This document shows, one piece after another, positions 28,940 to 37,125 of a stretch of DNA of 64,000 bases. How positions within the stretch are numbered: the first letter of the stretch is position 1; every line of letters begins with the position of its first letter. Source of the stretch: an uncultured virus (IMG/VR IMGVR_UViG_3300005662_008418) (taxonomy: Duplodnaviria > Heunggongvirae > Uroviricota > Caudoviricetes); the IMG/VR virus record IMGVR_UViG_3300005662_008418, one strand, 5' to 3'. The notes beneath the pieces were generated by a model. The model worked only from the letters and a program-made list of their open reading frames with translations. It was not told the DNA's origin and ran no database searches. Position numbers and translations under genes: made by a program.

Positions 28940-30896
28940 ACATGTCAGTAGAGGCGAAACCCTTTTTTCGCGTCTTCTTGATTGAGTCTCTGAGGAATAT
29001 AAATTTTTCGACTGGATCGCGAGTAGCCTTGAAGAATCCAGCCATTCTCATGGCTTCTATCGTTTCAGAATCTACAACTGAAGTGTCGACCTTGTTGCAA
29101 AAATCTTCAAATGACTTATATGGACCATTACTGACAATATTTTCTCCAGCAGAAAGTCTCATACCCTTACATATAATTGGAGGAACCAATACATTACTCA
29201 CTCCCTCGATAGGGTGAGATATGGTTTTTAATGAATAATTTACTCCAGCAGTATTTATGTGCCTATTGGCCAATGAAACACCCAGCCGAGCAGCCTCCCT
29301 CTCCAGCAATACAACTCTGTCCCAGTCCTTCTTTTTCATTTCTACATTTAAGTAACTACAAATAAATTCAGCTGGAAAATGGGCTTTCAAATATGCTGTT
29401 TGATAAGATATGAGCCCATAGCATGCGGAATGCGAAGCATTAAATCCGTATTGAGCAAACGGAGTTATGAACTCATCCCAGAACTTTTCTGCTATATTGG
29501 AAGGCACACTGTTGAAACATGCGCCAGCAACAAATCTGCTTCTGAACTTCTTAAGTAAATCGTATTTCTTTTTTCCTACTGCTTTGATAACCTGATATCC
29601 ATCTGCAATAGAAAAATTAGCAACACTATTGCAAATCTGCATCACCTGTTCCTGATAAACCAATATCCCATAGGTTTTATCCAACCAGCGCTTAAGCAAT
29701 GGTTCCAGAGAAGGATGCATATAGTCTATTCTTTCTGCCCCCTTCTTTCTTGCGCAATATTTTGGGATACTAGCCATGGGTCCAGGTCTGTAAAGAGCAA
29801 TTCCTGCGCATATATCCTTATATGAGTCAATGCCCATTTGGACCATGGTTTTTTGCATACCACGCTCTTCGCATTGAAAAACACCAGTCAAGTCGCCGGT
29901 TCGGTAAAGACTAAATGTATCTGGATCATTCAGTGGAAGATTTTCTATATCTATTCTTATACCATGCCTGCTGTAAATTAATTTAAGACATTCCGATATT
30001 ACTGAAAGAGTGCTTACTGAAAGAATGTCGAATTTTATAATACCAAGAGACTCCAAATCCTCGTATGCGTATTGAGTAGCGAATGAAACGCCTCCATCAT
30101 CCTCTCCTTTGCCAGTGCCTCTCAAGGGAGCTATTTCAGATAATGGTATTTTGCTAATAACAATACCGGCTGCATGAACTCCGTAACTGCTGCAAAGCCC
30201 TTCTATAGATTCAGAATGATCAAGAATGGCAGGATGCTTCCTTATCCATTGCGCAAAGTCTGAGCAATGAGAGACTGCGTCCCTTACTGTTTTGATCTCA
30301 TGCTCGTCCCCTTCTTCATCCTGTACTTTCAAAATGGCACCACGCTGCTCTGGGAGACTGTCTATCATTCTCCTCACCAGTTCGTTGTTCCTGGTTACAA
30401 ACTCCTCCTTGCCTTGATGGAATGCGTCAGCAATGTCTAGAGCCTTACTGGCTCTGGTCACATACGATCTCATCTTCAGCGTCTGGTAAGTTCCTATATT
30501 TCCTACATATTCTCGACCATATTTTTCTATTATATAGTCATATACTTCCTGACGCCTTTCATGATCGAAGTCCGCATCGATATCTGGAAATCCAGCTCTT
30601 GCAAATATGCGCCTAATAGGAATAAACTCCTGGATATCCCCAGAAGGTCGCAATGAAGTCATATTTAGATGATAAGCCAGCAATGAATTAATGTCGTTTT
30701 TAACCCCTGCTTTTCCACCTATCTTTTTTCTTATATCTAAGAAATCGTCGAAAATATCGCCCTTGCCAAGTCCATCACAAGATGTCATTATCTTTATTTC
30801 ATCTAAGCATCTAGACAAAGATTCATCATCTAGTTTTAACTTTTTAAGTTCTTCTACGATAGAAGAAATACGAATATCTTTTTCAGACAATTCCAT
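28932..30896 (-). CDS. dnaE: DNA polymerase III alpha, C-terminal part (palm catalytic Asp residues, fingers, HhH)
   Basis: FPDIDADF, GVHAAGIVI, IKFDIL, GVFQ, ALYRPGP, YQEQVM, YGFNASHS, AYLKAHFP; ATG at 30896, 1 nt after the upstream TAG, with GAGGA upstream. Confidence 0.95.
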   Translation of the reverse strand: MELSEKDIRISSIVEELKKLKLDDESLSRCLDEIKIMTSCDGLGKGDIFDDFLDIRKKIGGKAGVKNDINSLLAYHLNMTSLRPSGDIQEFIPIRRIFARAGFPDIDADFDHERRQEVYDYIIEKYGREYVGNIGTYQTLKMRSYVTRASKALDIADAFHQGKEEFVTRNNELVRRMIDSLPEQRGAILKVQDEEGDEHEIKTVRDAVSHCSDFAQWIRKHPAILDHSESIEGLCSSYGVHAAGIVISKIPLSEIAPLRGTGKGEDDGGVSFATQYAYEDLESLGIIKFDILSVSTLSVISECLKLIYSRHGIRIDIENLPLNDPDTFSLYRTGDLTGVFQCEERGMQKTMVQMGIDSYKDICAGIALYRPGPMASIPKYCARKKGAERIDYMHPSLEPLLKRWLDKTYGILVYQEQVMQICNSVANFSIADGYQVIKAVGKKKYDLLKKFRSRFVAGACFNSVPSNIAEKFWDEFITPFAQYGFNASHSACYGLISYQTAYLKAHFPAEFICSYLNVEMKKKDWDRVVLLEREAARLGVSLANRHINTAGVNYSLKTISHPIEGVSNVLVPPIICKGMRLSAGENIVSNGPYKSFEDFCNKVDTSVVDSETIEAMRMAGFFKATRDPVEKFIFLRDSIKKTRKKGFASTDMFG

Positions 30897-30897
30897 A

Positions 30898-32193
30898 CTA
30901 AACAAAATCCTCGACTCTAATAAATTTCTTTGAATCAAATCCTAAAAATCTCTCCCATAGTAAATCATGCTCTATGGGATCCACCCCATATGTTATGCCT
31001 ATGCATTTTAATAGCAAAGATCCAAATCCAGAGCCTCTTCCGCATCCAGTGAGTATTCCTTTGCTTCTTGCAAAATCTATATAGTCTCTCACTATGAGAA
31101 AATAAGTAGCGAAGTCATATCCATTGTTAAGTTGTGCTATTTTTACATCATTAAGTTCAAGATTAAGTCTAGAAACATGCTGGGAGCTATCGTCAAGTTT
31201 TAGTTTGCGCAAGCCATTCCACGCAATATGTTCAAGATACGAGTGAGCATCACGAAAACCATCTGGCAATGGAAAGTCAGGCAGCTTCATGCCGCCAAAC
31301 TTACTTCGAATACTATCGACATCTATCTTATCTACTATCTCGTTAGTATTAAAAAGAGCATCTGGAACAGAAGAAAAAATTAAAGCCATCTCCTGTGCGG
31401 ATTTTAGATAGAACTCATGATATGGAAAATGAAGATGCTTTGGATCTTTCATGCATCTAGATGTAGACATGCACATCAACAGTTCTTGAGATGGACCTTG
31501 CTCTTTCTTGCAATAATGACAATCATTACTGCATATCAATGGAACATCCATTTCATCGCTTAACTTTATGATGTCTGGGATAATTAGCCTTTCAGCATCT
31601 ATACCATGAAACATCATTTCTAGATAAAAATCATCTTTGAAAATATCCTTGAACTTAGCAACTGTTTTTTTTGCGATGTCGTATCGACCATATAGAAGAT
31701 TGGCATTAACTACGCTGGAAAGACATGCCGTTGAGCATATAAGACCTTTATGGTACTTTTCTAGCAAAGAAAAATCTATGCGTGGGTCATTATAAAATCC
31801 TTCAACCCAACTAGACTCGCTTAATCTGCATATATTTTGATACCCTTCCCAGTTCTTAGCGATCAAGATGATGTGCCTGTTTCCTTTTCGCCCATCAGGT
31901 TGTTCGCTCTTGCTTTTGCTGAATCTATTCTTGGATAAATAAAATTCGCAACCCAGCAATGGAGTAATTGCAGGATATTCAATTTTATTGCCATCCTTAT
32001 CAACGGATTTTTGACATTCATTAAAAAACTTAATTAATCCGCCCACATTGCCATGATCAGTTATGCCGAGTGCTCGAAACCCCATTTTTCTTGCCTCCAT
32101 AGGGAAGCTAGATATTTTGTTTAATCCGTCGAAAGCAGAATACTCAGTATGATTGTGGATATGTGTAAAATCTTTATTCGTTATATTAATCAT
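30898..32193 (-). CDS. dnaE: DNA polymerase III alpha, N-terminal part (PHP domain plus thumb/palm start)
   Basis: HIHNHTEYSAFDG, ITDHG, GCEFY, TACL, NDCHY, YFLIVRD, GRGSGFGSL, DLLWERFL, then stop. Confidence 0.95.
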   Translation of the reverse strand: MINITNKDFTHIHNHTEYSAFDGLNKISSFPMEARKMGFRALGITDHGNVGGLIKFFNECQKSVDKDGNKIEYPAITPLLGCEFYLSKNRFSKSKSEQPDGRKGNRHIILIAKNWEGYQNICRLSESSWVEGFYNDPRIDFSLLEKYHKGLICSTACLSSVVNANLLYGRYDIAKKTVAKFKDIFKDDFYLEMMFHGIDAERLIIPDIIKLSDEMDVPLICSNDCHYCKKEQGPSQELLMCMSTSRCMKDPKHLHFPYHEFYLKSAQEMALIFSSVPDALFNTNEIVDKIDVDSIRSKFGGMKLPDFPLPDGFRDAHSYLEHIAWNGLRKLKLDDSSQHVSRLNLELNDVKIAQLNNGYDFATYFLIVRDYIDFARSKGILTGCGRGSGFGSLLLKCIGITYGVDPIEHDLLWERFLGFDSKKFIRVEDFV

Positions 32194-32437
32194 TGTCTTC
32201 TACTTCATCATCATTAACTGAACTTTTGCGAAAACCTTCACAACCGATAACGGCGCTTCTGGTGTTTGAGTTTTTCCAAACTCTCATTTTCTTATTCACG
32301 CCAAGAACGCTTACTGTCAAATAAACAATAGGATTTGAACAATCAAAAGACTTACAAGCATCGCATAGCGTGCCTTCTTTTATGATTTCCGAGTCTACCA
32401 ATTTGTTCAAAGATATAAGTTGAGTCTTATATTCCAA
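32186..32437 (-). CDS. Small Cys-rich hypothetical protein
   Basis: CDAC...C...CEGF. Confidence 0.55.
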   Translation of the reverse strand: MEYKTQLISLNKLVDSEIIKEGTLCDACKSFDCSNPIVYLTVSVLGVNKKMRVWKNSNTRSAVIGCEGFRKSSVNDDEVEDND

Positions 32438-32440
32438 TGC

Positions 32441-33043
32441 TCACTCTCCATCTTCGTTAAGATCTATCGTAAATCTTCCCTCTTCATCAAGGCTTGGATC
32501 TACTCCCAAATTCAATGCATTTTTTCTCCTAATGCGAGATCTATCTTTGTTCGATTCGGAATTGGGATTGGTAGATAATTTTGAAATTATACTTGATTGA
32601 TCACGGTCTGATCCCTCGCTACGCAAAGATACTGCAGAAGAAGCTGCTATCATCGTTGGGTTCGTATATGTTTTTGGAGGAAATGAAAAATCGCTATCTA
32701 TCTTGGTAGCAGATCCAACAGGCGCAGAATCATCTACTGATCTAAAAATAGCATTCTCTAAAGAATTATAAGATGAATTGTCTACATAAGAAGGTGCCAC
32801 AGGAATGGATTCTATAGTCTTGCCATTTGAAGAAGAAGGATTTGCCTGAGTGATATAATCAGTAATTTCCTTAAGAGCGTTAACGGTCATTACAACCTGC
32901 TTGTTTCCACTCTTAAATCGGACATGCATTACGCCATCTTCCAGATAGGCGCTAACATCAGTGGTTCGCTCTTTTCCATCCGCATAACTGTCTACATGCT
33001 TAAATGATATGTTAATAATGTGCTTGTCTGATATAATTGGCAT
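32441..33043 (-). CDS. Hypothetical protein, Ser-rich
   Basis: 200-aa ORF. Confidence 0.6.
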   Translation of the reverse strand: MPIISDKHIINISFKHVDSYADGKERTTDVSAYLEDGVMHVRFKSGNKQVVMTVNALKEITDYITQANPSSSNGKTIESIPVAPSYVDNSSYNSLENAIFRSVDDSAPVGSATKIDSDFSFPPKTYTNPTMIAASSAVSLRSEGSDRDQSSIISKLSTNPNSESNKDRSRIRRKNALNLGVDPSLDEEGRFTIDLNEDGE

Positions 33044-33045
33044 TT

Positions 33046-33483
33046 TTAATCTCCGAATATCTTTCTCTTGCCATAAGTTAATGTCAATTGCCTTGAATCA
33101 ACTATGCCAGTTTCCCATAATTGTTTCCAAAAAAATATACTGGCATCCAATTCGTGCAAGGCTGGCTCTGGTCGCTTCCATCCAGCATCCACAAGGGCCA
33201 TAGATATAGCCCTGATACATGAAGAGTCTGGTCCAGAAAGCCTCCTAGATGGAGTGCTCCATATTATTACATGACCATCATGGAAGTAATGCAGTATCCA
33301 GGGAAGGCAGTCTATCCCATTAGCATGTACCGATGTCTCACTCGATAACATCCATTTATCAGCATTAGGTTCTGACTGCTTCATGTGCATCGATACCCTA
33401 GAAAATATTCCGCCATTACTTTTCAATACTTTATCTTCAAAAGTAAGACCAACTCCAAGTTCGCTGCTAAAAAAATCATCCAT
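33046..33483 (-). CDS. Hypothetical protein
   Basis: 145-aa ORF. Confidence 0.6.
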   Translation of the reverse strand: MDDFFSSELGVGLTFEDKVLKSNGGIFSRVSMHMKQSEPNADKWMLSSETSVHANGIDCLPWILHYFHDGHVIIWSTPSRRLSGPDSSCIRAISMALVDAGWKRPEPALHELDASIFFWKQLWETGIVDSRQLTLTYGKRKIFGD

Positions 33484-34069
33484 TCTTGAACCTATGCTGC
33501 ATTTCTATGTATATGGCTTTTGACTTATTGTAGTCTTTGTTCCTGATAGATTTATCAAATTCAGACATAAGAATAAAAACACCATCATCTCCACTGGGAG
33601 AATATGGATCCAGCCTCCTAACTCTCATCATATTTCTAAATATCCTAGAAACTGAAAAGCATATCGATGAAACATCAAGTTGTTCATCTTCTCTCTCCTT
33701 CCCCTCCCATATGCCTATTTCAGCATCCAGTAGATCATTCTCAGATACATTGCTTATGGCATTAATTCCATAATCTTTGCATAACATTCCTGAAGCATCT
33801 GATATGCTCATCTTTTCTATTTGCGATTTTAAGTCGACTACATCACCCCAGCGCTTGCATCCAAAACAATAAAAATTACTATATCCATCGTCTGGTTCAT
33901 AAACATAAAAACTTGGAGAATTATCTCCAGCATGAATTGGACATTTATAAACATGTTTGCCATCATAGGATTTAGACGGCTTTATGTTATTTTGTAAAAG
34001 AAATTCGTAAATAGAAATTCCTTTTCGTATAGCATCTCTTACTGGATTCAATGTCTCTTTATCAGGCAT
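33476..34069 (-). CDS. Stand-alone CHC2 zinc-binding domain of DnaG primase plus a helical C-terminus
   Basis: CPIHAGDNSPSF...FYCFGC..WGDVVD; likely start MPDKET (34069), overlapping the dnaB stop. Confidence 0.88.
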   Translation of the reverse strand: MPDKETLNPVRDAIRKGISIYEFLLQNNIKPSKSYDGKHVYKCPIHAGDNSPSFYVYEPDDGYSNFYCFGCKRWGDVVDLKSQIEKMSISDASGMLCKDYGINAISNVSENDLLDAEIGIWEGKEREDEQLDVSSICFSVSRIFRNMMRVRRLDPYSPSGDDGVFILMSEFDKSIRNKDYNKSKAIYIEMQHRFKNG

Positions 34070-35543
34070 CGTCGAACCAAGAAAAATCATCACTCACAGA
34101 TTTAGAAGATCCATTCTTTTTCTTGCTATCTGAATTATTCGAACTTATTCCATTGACCAAGGCATCCATATGTCTTTTTAGATCTTCGTCATTCGCATCG
34201 AAATTATTTGAAGAAGAACTTTCTATCTTACTGTACTCGGGATAGAAATCCAAAAGTGCATAGTTCTTACCGTCAAAGTTCTTCTTTCCGTATCTTGCCT
34301 TAATGCAAAATAACATTAATTTTCTATTGGGCTCGTCTGGCCATGGAGCCTGCGCAAATATATTATCTGAGTCCGCAGAGTACTCGTGACTTCCTCTCAA
34401 ATCTTCTGAACCTGGAGACTTTGTCTGATCCTTATCTCCCTTGAGTTTCTTAATGCCATCTCTAGTCATCTGAGCAGCGCTCAATATTGCGAAGCCATGC
34501 TGTTTCCCCATGGCTCTTAAGTCCTTAAGAATATCACCAATAGCAAGCCAATTTTCCTTATCTCCGTCAGGGCGAATATTAGCTATGTAGTCAATCACCA
34601 CTACCGTTGGTTTAAAAAATGACATCTTAGACTCTATGGCCTGCTTTATCTCCTGAACACTTGGTCTGCTTTTCACATCCGCCCAGACAAGTCTACTTTT
34701 GGTTGATTCTAACTCTTTAGTCTTAGACTCGAGTCTTGCCCAATCTTCTGGAGTAAGTTCATTTGGAGAAGCAAATCTTTCAAATGGAATTAGCGTCTCT
34801 CTGGAAAGATACTTTTTAAAAATCTCTTCGAAAGGCATTTCCAATGGAACAAAAAGAACATTATGCCCCCTCTTAAATAAGTTAAATGCTATATTGAGCA
34901 TCATGGTAGTTTTTGCTCCACCAACATCAGCTACCGTTAATGTAAGCGTTCCTGGCCTAAACCCAACCACCATGCATTCATCTATCTCTTTAATGCCACA
35001 CTTTATTTTCTCTTCTGGGTTTTGAGCCTGCTCCTTAAGTCTAGAAACAAATGGCGCGCACTCTGATCCAGTATCGTAAAATTCAAATACACTAGAAGAA
35101 TTAGACGATAGAACTTTGGAGAGCTTATCGTTGAGCTGAGATAGTTGAAGAGAAAAATCTTTCCCTTTGTTTTTGCGCAGCTCTGAAATTTGATTTCTAA
35201 ACCATCTTACATGGAAATCATTTTTAGCTTCTTTTAGTAAGATATCAAAATCAAGAGCATCCGCTTCAATACCAGAAGTAACTAATATAAATTCTGGTAT
35301 GGTGGACGCGAGTTCTGCAGGGCTGCTCCGCTCGACAAAGGAGCAGTAATGTTCAAAAGCTTCTTGAGATAAAGGCTTTTTCCTATCAGCACTCCAGCAG
35401 GCAGCTCTAAATATTCTCTTATGCGATGGATCAGAAAATATTTCCTGCCCCATGCTATCGCTAGCAATCATCTTGCACATGTCTGAATGCAGGCAAGCTA
35501 AAGACAATATCTTTTGTTGACTAGAAATCGTATCCGTTATCAT
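34062..35543 (-). CDS. dnaB: DnaB-like replicative helicase
   Basis: FSDPSHKRIF, Walker A-like ADVGGAKT, PLEM, VVIDY, AAQMTR, DLRGS, KARYG. Confidence 0.9.
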   Translation of the reverse strand: MITDTISSQQKILSLACLHSDMCKMIASDSMGQEIFSDPSHKRIFRAACWSADRKKPLSQEAFEHYCSFVERSSPAELASTIPEFILVTSGIEADALDFDILLKEAKNDFHVRWFRNQISELRKNKGKDFSLQLSQLNDKLSKVLSSNSSSVFEFYDTGSECAPFVSRLKEQAQNPEEKIKCGIKEIDECMVVGFRPGTLTLTVADVGGAKTTMMLNIAFNLFKRGHNVLFVPLEMPFEEIFKKYLSRETLIPFERFASPNELTPEDWARLESKTKELESTKSRLVWADVKSRPSVQEIKQAIESKMSFFKPTVVVIDYIANIRPDGDKENWLAIGDILKDLRAMGKQHGFAILSAAQMTRDGIKKLKGDKDQTKSPGSEDLRGSHEYSADSDNIFAQAPWPDEPNRKLMLFCIKARYGKKNFDGKNYALLDFYPEYSKIESSSSNNFDANDEDLKRHMDALVNGISSNNSDSKKKNGSSKSVSDDFSWFDDA

Positions 35544-36328
35544 GGTATGCTAATCACGTAATTTCCGCTATTCTGCCTGAGCATTTTTGCCGCAAAGTGC
35601 CCTATCTCACTGTCTATATCGTTAGTTTGAGCAGCATCAAATTGCAAAACCACTATCGTAGGAAGTTTAACTGACATTCTATAGCTTATGATTTCATCGA
35701 ACACGCTAGCAAGATGCATTCTTCCTGAGTAGACATCATCTATGCAAAGCCAATCAACGGTGCGTGCTGCAGGGATTTCCTTCACCCTCTTGCTGGAAAA
35801 TACTGATTCTATCAGCATTTCCGCCGATGTGAACATATAGGAAAATGCCCTATTCGAAGAGAACATCCTTCTCCAAATAGCCTCCCTCATCACCACAGAT
35901 GCTATGAATGTTTTCCCTAAAGGAACCTTTGATCCATGGGATGGTGAATTTCCGCCATTCCCATGAATAACGAGATTATGACCTTCGTTAAACCTTACAT
36001 CCATCTTACTAAGTTGATTAAGTTCTGCCCTATTAGGAATTTGTTTATCAATGACTTCGCCAAAACAATAGTCTCCAACCTTGCCAATCACCCTCTTAAC
36101 AACATGGTCAGGCAGAACTCTGCATCCGTGGGCAAATCCATTGAAATTTCCAAGGTCAGCAGATTCAAAACCGTTAGGCAGAATTTTTGCGCAGTATCCG
36201 TTAATTTCAGCAAGTGCAGAACATATGCAAGCATTGCTTCTAGTGCAAATGCCGCTTTTTTGAACGGATGGACAATGCGCCTTTAGCTGCAAAAAATGAG
36301 AATTAATGAGTTCTTCTAGATTCTTCAC
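35540..36328 (-). CDS. DnaC/IstB-like AAA+ helicase loader
   Basis: N-terminal Cys cluster (CIC), VIHG...LGKT (Walker A with an insertion), WLCIDD (Walker B), YRMSVKLPTIV; directly upstream of dnaB. Confidence 0.72.
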   Translation of the reverse strand: MKNLEELINSHFLQLKAHCPSVQKSGICTRSNACICSALAEINGYCAKILPNGFESADLGNFNGFAHGCRVLPDHVVKRVIGKVGDYCFGEVIDKQIPNRAELNQLSKMDVRFNEGHNLVIHGNGGNSPSHGSKVPLGKTFIASVVMREAIWRRMFSSNRAFSYMFTSAEMLIESVFSSKRVKEIPAARTVDWLCIDDVYSGRMHLASVFDEIISYRMSVKLPTIVVLQFDAAQTNDIDSEIGHFAAKMLRQNSGNYVISIP

Positions 36329-36343
36329 TACCCAATTCTAGTA

Positions 36344-37123
36344 TCAGTCATTTAAACGTGAGCGAACAATGATAACTAATTCTTCTGGATCTATTTCTTC
36401 GAATCGATCAAAAGGACTGTAAAAGTTATTTATTTCAATTATCCTAGTAGCAGTTGCTGAACCAGACGAAATGCACCTTTTTACAGCATCTACTACAAAT
36501 GTTATTGCGTCTTTTCTATCGAAGTTTTTTGTTTTTATTAAGAAAGCAATAGGTATCACTATTCCGTAAGCAAGAACAAATTCAGAAGGATCGCCTCTGT
36601 AAAATTCTTCTAACAAAATAGGATTAACTGGTCTTTTTTGAAACGTAGAAACTTCCTTCTTGGCATTATTTGCAGATTGCAGTTTGAAAAATTCTTTCAT
36701 CCTTGCATCATGTATTAACTTTTGAGGATACCAGGAAGATGGCTTGCCTTTCCACCATTTACTCATATTTTTAATGTACCATTCGATGTAAGATTTCATC
36801 AAAATATTTACATCAGCTTTCTCCGCTTGCTGCTCTATTATGTTCCTCAAGCCGCTCATAGCCATCATGGCGGGTCTTATGGCAAAATCAGATCTAACGC
36901 CATGCTTAAGAGAATACTGCTCTTCGACAAATTTTAACATATCTTTCAAATTCCACTCGGCTATTTTCTTGCCGTTGCCAGCAAAAAAACTAGCATCATT
37001 CCATGAGACTAAATTTTTCGATAGCTTATCGGAAAATAGATCATTAACCTTAGACACCTCGGAACCGTTCGGAGCAGATGGGGCATTCTCCGTAGCCTTG
37101 TGAATCATGTTTATAATATTCAT
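36344..37123 (-). CDS. Hypothetical helical protein (candidate replication initiator)
   Basis: 259 aa immediately upstream of the DnaC-like gene and dnaB; function inferred from position only. Confidence 0.55.
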   Translation of the reverse strand: MNIINMIHKATENAPSAPNGSEVSKVNDLFSDKLSKNLVSWNDASFFAGNGKKIAEWNLKDMLKFVEEQYSLKHGVRSDFAIRPAMMAMSGLRNIIEQQAEKADVNILMKSYIEWYIKNMSKWWKGKPSSWYPQKLIHDARMKEFFKLQSANNAKKEVSTFQKRPVNPILLEEFYRGDPSEFVLAYGIVIPIAFLIKTKNFDRKDAITFVVDAVKRCISSGSATATRIIEINNFYSPFDRFEEIDPEELVIIVRSRLND

Positions 37124-37125
37124 GC

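Noticed and set aside
30896..30940. Programmed +1 frameshift fusing the two dnaE ORFs
   Set aside because: The frames overlap by about 14 codons, so it cannot be excluded, but there is no convincing re-pairing site. An SD plus ATG right after the stop is the simpler reading.
30600..30960. Split intein (cyanobacterial DnaE type) or intron at the dnaE break
   Set aside because: There is no Cys-initiated N-intein at the end of gene 1 and no HN-C/S/T C-intein before PDID, and only 1 nt separates the ORFs
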